Assembly: GCF_030144855.1 (NCBI RefSeq)
Contig: NC_082714.1
Location: 127,596,001-127,660,000 of the forward strand
Length of the DNA: 64,000 nucleotides
Reading direction: 5' to 3'
DNA from: Hypanus sabinus
Taxonomy: Eukaryota
This document shows, in pieces, positions 52,665 to 64,000 of the stretch (position 1 is the first letter of the stretch; each line of letters opens with the position of its first letter). The notes under the pieces were generated by a model. That model was not told the origin of the DNA, ran no database searches, and saw only the letters and a program-made list of their open reading frames with translations. The translations under genes and the position numbers were made by a program.

Positions 52665-53110
52665 CCAGCCCCTAAGGCACTTGCCTTATGAGAATAGGTT
52701 GAGTGAACTTGGCCTTTTCTCCTCGGAGGGACGGAGGATGAGAGGTGAGCTGATAGAGCTGTATAAGATGATGAGAGGCATTGATCGTGTGGATAGTCAG
52801 AGGCTTCTCTCCAGGCCTGAAATGACTAACACAAGAGGGCAGAGTTTTAAGGTGCTTGGGAGTAGGTACAGAGGAGATGTCAGGGTAAATTTTTTACGCA
52901 GAGAGTGGTGAGTGTGTGGAATGTACTGCCAGCGATGGTGGTGGAGCCGTATGCAATAGGGTCTTTAACAAGATGGTTGGATTGGTACATCGAGCTTAGG
53001 AAAATAGGGGGATATGGGTAACTGAGTAATTTCTAAAGTAAGTACATGTTCGGCACAGCATTGTGGGCCGAAGGACCTGCATTGTGCTGTAGGTTTTCTA
53101 TGCTTCTATT
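52665..53110 (+). mobile_element. CR1 3' fragment
   Basis: YENRLSELGLFS...RMRGELIELYK; (ttctatg) tail. Confidence 0.88.
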
Positions 53111-54349
53111 ACGCATTCAAACTTCAGCTAAAGAGTACATCAGTAGAAGGTCTTTATTGAACTGAACCATACCAGGGAATGCATGCAGCTTAGCGCAAAA
53201 CTGCAGGCATCAGAAGTTTATAACTAACATGCAGCTCAAAGTTTGCTGCTGAGCTCCAAAATGATTTTGCAGCTGCACTTTGATGTTGAGCTTCACATGG
53301 AAACCGATGATGTAGTACTAATTTGCTAAGTTCCCCCAGCATTTGCTTTGCAGAATTGAATCTTCTCACTAAATCTGATAAAATTTTGCTCAGAAATAGT
53401 AAATACATTCAATTGGATAGAGATAAATGGCTGGAAGGGAGGGGAGAGTAAATTTACCCAGGTAAAGTTTTCAATTTGTTGAATTTGTTTTAATAATATT
53501 AATTGGTAAAAAGTGATGCTTCATTTTAAGTGCTTTTAAGATGTTTCAATTGCTTTTAATTTGATTTATATTTTTAATATTTTCAAATGTCAGGGCATTC
53601 ACAACTATTCAAAGCATCCTGACATATTTCAAATTCTGAGGACCATTGCTGTTATCTTTAATCAGGTGTTTAATGGATGTGACTTGTTTCGGATAGATAC
53701 TGATTTTCAAGGCCCTCTCATTGTGCATGGCTCATTAATGAGAAGTGAAACAGTAAACGTCAACAACTCAGCACTTAGAGACCTGCAAAAGATAAGTCTT
53801 TACTCTTTCCATGTGCAAGTGGAAAAGCAGGTATCTCATTAAAGGGAGAAGTGAGACCAAGAGATACGTATTTTCCTGAGGAACTCCACAAGTCAGTTAA
53901 GAATGAACAGTCGCTGGGAGACCTGAATGAAGACTTTCAGCCCGAAACTTTGACTGTTCATTCTTTCCATAGATGCTGTGTTTCTTCAGCATTTAGTGTA
54001 TGTTCATCTGGATTTCCAGCAACCACAGAATCTCTTGTATACATATTTCCCTGAGTTTTTTATTCTTAAAAATATTAATTTCTTGAACTTTGGATATACA
54101 GTAAACTCAAAAACAAAAGCACTGATTGGCATTTCTGGGTCCTTATTGTACGAATTGTCAATGATAGTGTTTATTTTTCTGCCCATAAACAAGAACAGAA
54201 GTATTGCTTTGGCAAAAAGTACTGAGTATTGCCTCTGATTTCAAACTTTTGTAGCCCTTGTGTCAAAGTATTGATTGCAACACTGGTATCTCATTGCCTT
54301 TCTCTACATCTCTAGAAACTCAATTGTTGTTGAATCCCTCATCCTTTGT

Positions 54350-54995
54350 GTTGTCTCTTCCTGACTGGACATTTCCAGTGTTACCTGACTGTTAGAGTAA
54401 TGCAGTGATCCATCAGATAAATTGATAAAGTTTGAGGGTGATACCACTGTCTTTGCACTAATCATCAGAGGTGACAAATCCAAGTCCCGCCAGGAAGTAA
54501 ACAAGACAGAGTTGTGGTGCAATCACAAGATCTTGGAGCTGAGCTACCTCAAAACCATGGAAATTCATGTTGACTTCAGGAAAAATGAGTCTCCTCTCCA
54601 CCCCCATTGATTATCAACAACTCAACAGTTCAGCATTTCAGCATTCAGGTTCCCGGGCATCACTATTTCACAGAACTCCCTGTGGGAGAATCATATCTTC
54701 TTCATTCACTAGAAAGCTTGGCAGAGGAAGTACTCTTTGTGGCAGTTAGTAGATTTCCATCTTCCCAGGTACATACTGAGCAGTTCTACACTCCCATCAT
54801 AGAGATCATCCTCATATCCACCATTACTGTCTGGTTTGGTGCAACATATGTGAAAGCTACACTGAGCTCCCAGGACAGCAAAAAAGATAATTCCACCATC
54901 TCTGCAGAACTTCGATCTGTCTAGAGCAAAGAAACAGGCAGAAAAAATTAATTGCAGACGCTATTCATCCTGCTAACGCCATTTTCCAAAAAGGT
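54350..54995 (+). mobile_element. Decayed Rex1/L2-like RT fragment
   Basis: IKFEGDTTV (KFADDTT-like), KTMEIHVDFRK, FY..IIE.IL...ITVWFG. Confidence 0.7.
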
Positions 54996-55024
54996 GTAAT
55001 ATCACTCTAGTCATATCAAAGAGG

Positions 55025-57045
55025 CCTAAATCACTGGGGATGAGGGTTGATGTGGGGAGGAAGCTGCAGTTCCCAGAGGCGGTGCAAACCACACTTCAAG
55101 CAGACATCGTACTGTGGTCCGCTGGAGATAAGAAAGTCATCCTGGTGGAGTTCACAGTACCATGAGAGGAAGGATGCGAGGAGGCTCACAAGAGGAAGGC
55201 CCTGAAGTACCAGTCCTTTAGCCAGGAGTGCAGGGACAGCGTTGGAGCCTGGTGTCTAACAACTGGCAATGTGGGGGTTCATGGATGACATCACAGTTAC
55301 CATTGTAACTCATATCCAGCAAGATAGGTACTGGAAACCCTGGACAATATAGCTGCCTGGGGTAGGATGATCTTCAAACCATGGTGATCAATGAGGGTTA
55401 GGCTACCAGCAAGTTCAATCTTCAAGTACAGGAAAAGTCACTCCATTCCCAGAGGACAACCCAGTAGGGTGTCTTGGAAAGTGGTTTAATGCAGCAATGA
55501 CCCACACTGCTAACATCACCGACACAGTAAAGCAGACTGAAGAGTGGCTGAAGAAGATTACTGGACTCTCTGATAAATTTAAGACATGACTGTAGCAACA
55601 TAGTCTTCTACCAAGGTTGCTTTGGCTTTTCACAATGTATGAGGCCCCCCATGGCCACTGTAGAAGGCATTGAGAGGAAAGTCAACAAGGACCTGCAGAG
55701 GTAGCTGGGGATTCCCCCAAGTTTTTCTTCAGTGGGGTTCTACATAAGATCAGGCCAGCTACAGCTCATATTGTCATCGGTAGTGGAGTATTTTGAGGTG
55801 ATAAAGGGTAGAGTTGGTTTAACACAGAGGGGCTCCAATGACATGCTAATAAACTGGCAGGAGTCACAACAAGATCAGACTGAAAGTGAGACGCCAGCTC
55901 TGCCATAGACCTGGCAGTGAGCTCCCTGTAACTGAGAGACGTCATCAACAACCCATGCCTGGAACGGCAAGGCCCCAGCTCCGCACACTTCCAATGATGG
56001 GGGAGTGCCAGTTCAAGGGATAGGTGAGACATGGTCCTAGCAGAGGTATGGAACCACAAGGTGGGTATCGAAGCCAATGGAGTTGGGGTCACAGGGTGCC
56101 TGGATGAAATGGGATCTTTCCAAGTGCAAGATCACTTGGGCAGAGATTTGAAGACATGAGCCCTTCCACATTTCTTTCCTCCTGCGGTCCGTGTATGGCA
56201 CTCTCCCTGCACCATCACATCTGCACACATGAGGGCTGAGAAAGGACCCTAACTGCAAGCTTTGTGGTCAGTGCAGTTCACTGGCACACATACAGTTAGC
56301 ATAGAAATCAGCTTCAACCCAAGGATGGTGTAGGTGGTCTATGAAAAGGTCCTGCTGTCCCTTGCTGATACACTGGAGTGGGAGAGGTGTAAGAAGAGAC
56401 TAGTTGGCTGAAAGGCAAACAGGGCAGTTACTTTCAAAAAGGAGAAAGCCATGCCAGTCATATCCAATCTGCTGTAAACAGCCAAATCATGGGAGATGAG
56501 GGTCGATGTGGGGAGGAAGCTGCAGTTCTCAGAGGTGGCACAAACCACACTTTGACCAACATCATACAGTGGTCCAGCAAAAACAGAGAAGTCAACCTGG
56601 TGGAGCTCACAGTACTATGGGAGGGAAGATGCAAGAAGGCTCACGAGAGAAAGGCCCTGTAGTAACAGTCTTTAGTCCAGGAGTGCAGAGACAAAGGATG
56701 ACAGACTTAGCTATTCCCCATAGAGATCTGATGTAGAGGGTTCCCAGCAGGATCAGCATGGAGGTTGCTGTCTGTGCTGGACCTTGATGAAAAGAGCAAG
56801 AACCAAGCAGCTCACAGGATGGGTGAGGAAGCAGAAAGAGCCTCTTGCAGGATGTAGAGCAGGTGAGACGAGTTGATCTGGATGTCAGGAGCAGATGATC
56901 AGTGACTTGGCCACCACTGCTGACCCGCCAACTGGAGAGTGTAGTGGTTAAAGGTCAAAAGGTTGGGCCCCACCTGGCAACATCTGCTTCTGGCCAAAGA
57001 CTAAAGTTACCTCATCAGGTAATTGAAGAGAGCACCCCAGTGTAT
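55025..57045 (+). mobile_element. HERO/R2-like (restriction-like endonuclease) non-LTR retrotransposon fragments
   Basis: GFMDDIT (~55275), SFLLRSVYGTLP.PS.L, CKLC...LAH zinc knuckle, DIVLWS..KVILVEFTVP.EE..EEAH.RK..KY. Confidence 0.8.
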
Positions 57046-58444
57046 GATGCAAGTTAATTCTGTATTTGTTATAAATTTTGAATGTTGTTTTTATTGCATG
57101 TTGCACCCTGAAAAATGCAGCAAATTGCTAATACATGCAAATGTATATGGTGAATAAAGTTCATCCTTGATCCTTGATGTTTGATGTCTTTCTTGACCTT
57201 TTATATTCTTAAACCCAACCTAAATTATTTCTAATATGCTACTGTTTATTTTCCCCTTGCCATATTTCTCACTGATATTTAGCAACTCTAATTGAATAAT
57301 TCTAATTTAAAATAGGCATTCTCGTTTTCAAACCCCTCATGGTCTCATCCATTTCTATCCTTGCAATTCTCTGAACTGTTTTCTACCCCTGTCCAAACAT
57401 TTCCATTCTAGCCCTTTCGCCCATCAATTCATGGGTAGCCGATGCCCACTATTACTTCATTTACAGTGTCAGACCCCTTTTCAATGTCCTTGTCATGGTT
57501 CATCTGTGATGTATAATATATATTTGAACAGTGATATACTTAGTAAAAAAACTTTGCTCGGCTCCTCCTGTCTCATAGGCCCTTTTAGGCTTTTATCCAG
57601 CTGTTGATGTCACATGAAAGGAAACAAAAATCTGGTCCCCTGGATCCAGAATGTTCGACAAAAGGTTTTTGATAGTGAAAATAAAAAAGGTCTTCTGACT
57701 GAATCTAGAATGAAATGATGATGTTGGAGCCTTAAATGTCAAGAAGCAGTTACCTTGGATCACCTCAAATGAATTCTAACTTTAATTTTTGTTTAGGCCT
57801 ACAAAGCAAATGCAGCGACTTCAAGGACGTCAACTGCACATCATTGGTATGGCAGACAAAATGCAATTTCCTTGAATGTAGTAGTTGAGTGATACATCTT
57901 ATAAAGCAGTTTTTGGATGCTTTGCACAAAAACAACTGTGATCACTTGCATTACCATAATAGTAAAAAGTTTCCCTTTTAGTTTTAAAGATATCATGAAT
58001 ACCTCAAAGTCATCTGCTGTCGATCTTCATTTTGGTAGACAAACTTAGCTTTCCACAACCTCTCCTTGTATCTTAGATACATTTGACCTTTCATTAAATT
58101 ATGTTCATCCAATAACAGTAAATAGATTTGAATACAGCTTAGTTTATCATTTCATAGACCAATTTCAATGCAATTTAGAGACTTCCATGTGGTATATGAG
58201 GTATTTTTATTTAATGCTAACAGAGCTTGAACTGTTTGACAATGTGCATATTGCAATGATTCTGGTTTAGAATATTATCAAATTAAATGGGTGCTATGAA
58301 TTGAATGAAGGTATGTTAAACAGGACCCATGGGATTTCTGAAAAACAGCTTGTATAGCCTGAGAAAGTGGAAGGACAAAACACAAATAGAATCATTAAAA
58401 ATCTACATTGTCCATTTCTAATGTACTAATAAGGCCAGAAATTA

Positions 58445-58985
58445 AATCAGAATCAGGTTTATTATCACCAGCAGGTGACGTGAAATTTGTTAACTAATTC
58501 AGCAGCAGTTCAATGTAATACATAATCTAGCAGAGAGACAAAGATAATAATAAATAAAATAAAACATAATAATAAAAACAAATAAATCAATTATGTATAT
58601 TGAATAGATTATTTAAAAATGTGCAGAAACAGAAATACAGTATTTTAAAAAAAATTGAGGTAGCGTCCAAAGCTTTAAAGTCCATTTACGAATTGGATGG
58701 CAGAAGTTAAGAAGCTGAGTGTGCCTTCAGGCTTCTATATCTCCTACAGTGAGAAAAGGTCATTTTGTCAGTGCTGGAGGTCTTTAATAATGGATACTGC
58801 CTTTCTAAGACAGGGCTCCCTAAAGATGTCCTGGGTACTTTGTAGGCTAGTGCCCAAGCAGAACCTTCGGCAGCTTCTTTTGATTCTGTGCAGTAGACCA
58901 CCGCCTGTGCCCCCCCCCCCCCCCCACCACCACTTATCAGACAGTAATGCAGCCTGGCAGAATGTTAATGTTCTCCATGGTACAA
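58445..58985 (-). mobile_element. Rex1-like LINE 3' fragment
   Basis: (ATTCTG)-type tail aatcagaatcagg; CLRKAVSIIKD motif. Related tails at 34355-34630 and 63775-63960. Confidence 0.65.
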
Positions 58986-61643
58986 CACCCAAATCTACCA
59001 AATCACCACAGATTATGGTCATATAAGATACCAAGCAATAAGAATGTGTCAACTTAAAGTTGAGTTTTCTGTCTTCTGTAACCATAAGCTCAGGTATCTT
59101 CAAAACCTTCATTCAAATCAGCAACTCTGCTCAGGAGTCAGGTACTCCCAAACTTCATGGTTCAATCCCATTTTATTAACACTCTTTGCAGCTCATTAAA
59201 TGTTAGTTGAATTCTTCAAGATCAGAGTGAGCAAAATGTTCTCACTATTTCTGTCTGGCATATCTATATCCATACTAATTTACTCAACAAATAACTTCTG
59301 TCTATTAATTCATAAATGTGCATGAACACAATAACAAAATATGGGAATCAATTTTGCACATCAAAACTATGGCACCCACACAGTACAGTTTTGTGATTGA
59401 AGAACATTTTTTCAGTTTTGGATAACTCAGCCTCTGACATTTAGTTTTGTAATATTTGGATTCTGTTTCTTCAGATATAAGACATTTAAAAGCATTTCTT
59501 TATGCAAACAATTGCCCAGTTAATTTTAAACATATGCTTCCTCTCATAACCTGTATTTTCCATCAATTTTGTAAGTAGCTACAGAACAAAGTAATACCTA
59601 AGGCTTCCTATGATAGCATCAAGTTAACATATAAAATAAAAAATGGAGTAGCACACATCATACTCAAGGGCACATCTTAATTGAAAGCTATGTTTTATAT
59701 TTGTTCCTGATTCTTTAATTTTGCCTGGTAGGTCATAAGGAATTGTACAAGCATCATTTACTTTACAGCTACTGAATATGGAATCTTGCTCTATAACAAA
59801 CATAAAAAACTGTGTAGTTTATTGCAAAACATTTTAATTTCCTTGCTTTAATAAATTATTATATATTTTGCATATCTTTTGAGGATCAAATGGACATTTA
59901 AACATAAGCATTAAGAATAAAAGACCTGTTCTAAATTCCTAAAAGAAGGAATGCATCATTGTCCTGTGAACCTCCTCAATCTGGCTTCAGAGAAATTAGT
60001 TTCTTAGCACTGTAGAAGAAAGTGGGATTTATTTTATAAGCAGAAGATTTCTGTTCATACTTGAAGTGTCTTCATTTAGATTCCACTGTTGTAGCTTAAT
60101 TGTTCTTTAAATTCTCACATTTATCTCAGCTGCCAGCAGAGCCAGCCACCGTTTGGAATAAACATTGTGCCAAACAGTTTTCAAGAGAATTCATCAGTAA
60201 ATAGTAATTATCATCCAATCTGTCTTAAACGGTATGATGAATCATTGTAGTTGTTTTTCATTTGGTAAAGATAATTGCAGCCTTGGAATAAAAGCTGGTG
60301 TCAGGACTTGGCCACGGATTGCAGATGCAGAGAATATATTGCAAGAAGAAATTAGTATAAAGAATTAAAAATATCTGTTACTGCTGACAATAACAATTGG
60401 CTGATGTGGACTTCTCAGGATTAATACAATTTAAGAAGTGTAACAGATTTCCTTAATTATGTACAATATTGGGTTAATGTTTGCATCGTAATAAGAAGTA
60501 CAGGCCAGTGTTTCAATAGTCTATTCCAATAACTTGAAAAGCACCAACACAAAAGAATGACTCAGAGTATTTGCAGTGTGGATATGGGAGAGGAAACAAC
60601 TGGACCATCTTTAGGTAGAGACCTCTGCAAGTTCATATATATGCCAGTAAGCATCCATTTTTGATTTATTTCTTTTGCTCTGCAGACTGTTGATATCATT
60701 CAGAGAAATTGATTGCCCATTGCTCTCAATAAATGCAAAGCAGTGTGAAGTCTTTTTTTCTTCTCACAAATGACAGCTCCTCATCTAACAGTGATTAATT
60801 TTTCAGACAAAATCTGTAATAAATGGAAAGGAGGGAGACCAGTAAAACAAATCAATAATATGTATTGCTCTTCCAGTGCAGAAATCCTTGTCCTCTGATT
60901 GGTTGATGGGTTTCATTAATTTTTGAGGAATTCAATGGTTTAAGGTCTCCCTATGCAAATCCAGAGACACTAAGTTATGGCACTGTGCAGATATTAGAGC
61001 AAAACATTATCACATATTATCAATGATCTTCATATAAAAAATTACTGTCCATCTACCCAAACATTTCCCTGACAATCATCTTCTAGTTTTATAAGACTCC
61101 TCTGTCATAACACAATACGTGATTATACTCAAACTATAATTGAATGACAATTACAAATGTTTACTGGTGCTGCAAATCTTCCTCCTCAATTAAGCAACTT
61201 GGCCTTGAATAAAATTTACATAGCTCCCACATTCCCATTTTGGGCTTGTTACAAATTTGATTAATACTTTACTTCTTGGATCTTATCAACATTACAATTT
61301 TTTTACATTTAGAAAATCACTCAAACCCCGTCGTGGGTGCAACTACAGATTTAATTCAATAAATGGACCGTGAAAATGACTCCACTGAATTTGTATGATG
61401 ATGGAGGACTTTGTTACCATACAGAATACATGCTGTGAGACAGCTGGATATGCATGCATTAAAAACTACTTGTTTTTTTTTTAATGTGCAGCATTTCACT
61501 TTAAGTTAATCTGATTTTGTTTAGTTTTGATGGAAAACCCAAACACTAGGAATCTCTTGGAGATTTGAATATTAAGTCTTTTTTTTTGCATCTTCTATAT
61601 CCTATGTCTCAGCAATAAAAATACACAAGCTCAGCCTTTAGAA

Positions 61644-61860
61644 ACACACACAGAATACTGGAGAAACTCAGCAAATCAGGTAGCATCTATGGAGGGGAAT
61701 AATTTTTCAACATTTAGGGTCAAGACTGTTCATCAAGTCTCAGCCCAAAAAAAATTGACTGTTTATTCCCCTCCATAGATGCTGTTTGGCTTTTAGAATT
61801 CCTCCAGCATTTTGTGTGCAGGTTGTTCAAAATTTCCAGCATCTGTAGAATCTCTTGTGT
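61644..61860. repeat. Degenerate Penelope-pLTR-derived palindrome
   Basis: agcatctatggaggggaataa and ttattcccctccatagatgct arms, plus cacacagaatactggag and ctccagcattttgtgtg. Confidence 0.8.
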
Positions 61861-62796
61861 TTATATTCAGCATTTAGAAGTTGGCTTGTCAGAAGCATGT
61901 TGAAGTTTTGAGTTTTGGTTATAAACATTGATTTTCTTTTTGTCACATCTTAGCTACTGGTACATGCATTTAATTACTGCTTTATTTTCTACTGCGATAT
62001 AATTAACATTCTTTCGCCTACATAAACTTTGCTGACAACTGCAATTTCACAAAAACTCAGATGTAAAAGCATTTTCTCACTTCGAAGGACTTTACCAGAA
62101 ATGATGTTAAGAACATCAATGATACTTGAGCTGATGCAAGATAGAGTGGAACAAAAAGTTTAGGCTATCTGTCACAGCGATAACTGCTAGAAATTTAACT
62201 GCTTATTGTACTTCTCCACTTTTGATAAACTTTATCTTGTATTTCTATAATTGCTTGAAGAAAGAAAGTATTCAAAAAGGATTCAGAGGACAATTGACCA
62301 TAGAGTGATGCATTAAGAGGGATAGTCTTAAATGAAGACAGTGACATGGATAGGGAAAGGAACTGAAGCAAGGATATTCCAGCTGTGAAACTGAGGCAGT
62401 TGATATTTCAGTCAATGATGGTAGCCAAAAGGCAAATAAATAAAGTCAGTGTCCAATTGGACATTATGAAACTTTAATAAATAGTACCGTATAATAGTGC
62501 GACAGAGGACACTCAGTAAATGCCCTTCTTACATGTTTATTTACACACACAATAACATTGCCACCCTTCTGCTGTTGTTGCGTGGAGTGTACGCACTTTA
62601 TATGTTCTCAAGATGGGTCCTAAGCCAAGCTTAATCGCTTGGGTTAGCTTTATGGTGCCTTTCCTGTCATATACAATGGAATATTCCATTTCTTCAAACA
62701 TGGGGATGTGTAAATGTGTATATTTTGTTTGTATACTGTATTTAAGGTAGATAATTCTGTTTATTTTGTAATATGATTGTAATTTCATTGTTGGGA

Positions 62797-63110
62797 TAGA
62801 AACATAGAAAACCTACAACATAATACAGGTCCTTCAGCCCACAAAGTTGTGTTGAACATGTCCTTACCTAAGAACTACTAAGGCTTACCCATAGCCCCCT
62901 ATTATTCTAAGCTCCATGTACCTATCCAGGAGTCTCTTAAAAGACCCTATCGTTTCCGTCTCCACCACTGTCGCCAGCAGCCCATTCCACACACTCACCA
63001 CTCTCTGTGTAAATAACTAACTCCTGACATCTCCTCTGTACCTGTTTCCAAGCACCTTAAAACAATGCCCTCGTGCTAGCCATTGCAGCCCTGGGAAAGA
63101 GCCTCTGACA
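62797..63110 (-). mobile_element. CR1 3' fragment
   Basis: atagaaacatagaaaacctac tail; reverse complement of the family at 52800-53110. Confidence 0.85.
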
Positions 63111-63559
63111 TGTCTGAAGTTAATTTTGTCGGTAATTACAGATGGTATGTCCTAGTCCCTAGCTGGGGGAGAAAGTTCAGGGTTGCCAGGAGTTCACACT
63201 GACCAAGTATAAGTATGGAACTATCATTGTGTTATCTTTTTGTAAATATTGGCAGTTTTTTTTCCAATTTTCACTAATTTTTGTAAGTTAGGTTTTTGAT
63301 GCACCTAATAAACACTGTAGTAATAAAGAGCTAACCAACCACAGTGAATTTTCCTTTGGCCATAACCCATATATCTAACAAATAGATATTTAAAACTTTC
63401 ATCTTAGAACCCAAAACACTGTTTATTTATTCCTATTGATGCTGTCTGACCTGCTGATTTCCTCCAGCATTTTGTGTGTGTTGCTTTAGATTTCGAGCAT
63501 CTTCAGAATTTCTTGTGTGTATTATTTTAGAGAAGTTGACACTTACATTCTCATATCTT

Positions 63560-63765
63560 GTTACATCATTGGAACCTGTGCGACAACCTGCTGCATCTGG
63601 TGACCTTGTGATCTCCATCTCAGAAGCCAATGTCAGAACATCTTTTAAGAGGATGAACCCTCGCCAGGCATCAGGCCCTGATGGTGTATCTGATAGAACA
63701 CTGAAAACTAGTGCCAACCAATTGGGAGGAGTGCACAAGGACATCTTCAATCTCAGTGCTGTAGT
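63560..63765 (+). mobile_element. Rex1/L2-like ORF2 fragment
   Basis: ISEANVRTSFKRMNPRQASGPDGVSDRTLK..ANQL..V.KDIFNLS. Confidence 0.75.
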
Positions 63766-64000
63766 GGGAGGTTCAGGATCAGAATCAGGTTTAATATCAT
63801 CGGCATATGTTGTGAAATTTGTTAACTTAGTTGCAGCAATACAATGGAATACATGATAATATAGGGTAAAAATATATTGGTGTATTAAATAGTTAAATTG
63901 AAAACAGAGCAAAAACAGAAAGTTAGGTGGTGTTCATGGATTCAATAACCATTCAGTAGGTTCATATCTGTTTCAAAAGGATGACAATCACACCAGTGCC

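Overview
Eukaryotic, AT-rich, repeat-dense DNA with no recognisable host gene. The repeat mix (CR1, Penelope-like pLTRs, V-SINE, Rex1, HERO, Tc1, sushi-type Gypsy) suggests a cartilaginous fish, probably a ray or shark (inference). Main contents: (1) 1-6484, a defective class III (ERV-L/ERV-S-like) provirus carrying a gamma-type env. Its gag, pro and env each hold a separate tandem array (about 24x33 bp, 10x59 bp, 13x96 bp), and most of RNase H, all of integrase and the start of SU are deleted. (2) About 39730-40485 (minus), a decayed reading frame absent from the ORF track that resembles the foamy-virus Gag N-terminal domain, next to an orphan 100-aa frame; this is a candidate endogenous foamy-like virus. 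(3) 41170-53110, nested elements: a CR1 contains a second CR1, which contains a Buster/SPIN-type hAT (itself holding a solo LTR) and a full-length self-priming chromoviral Gypsy element, each with a readable target-site duplication except the inner CR1. (4) Penelope-derived palindromes with hammerhead-ribozyme cores, a compound mariner-like MITE, an older Gypsy relic with paired LTRs, and many LINE fragments. All homology calls are by eye from remembered motifs; no searches were run.
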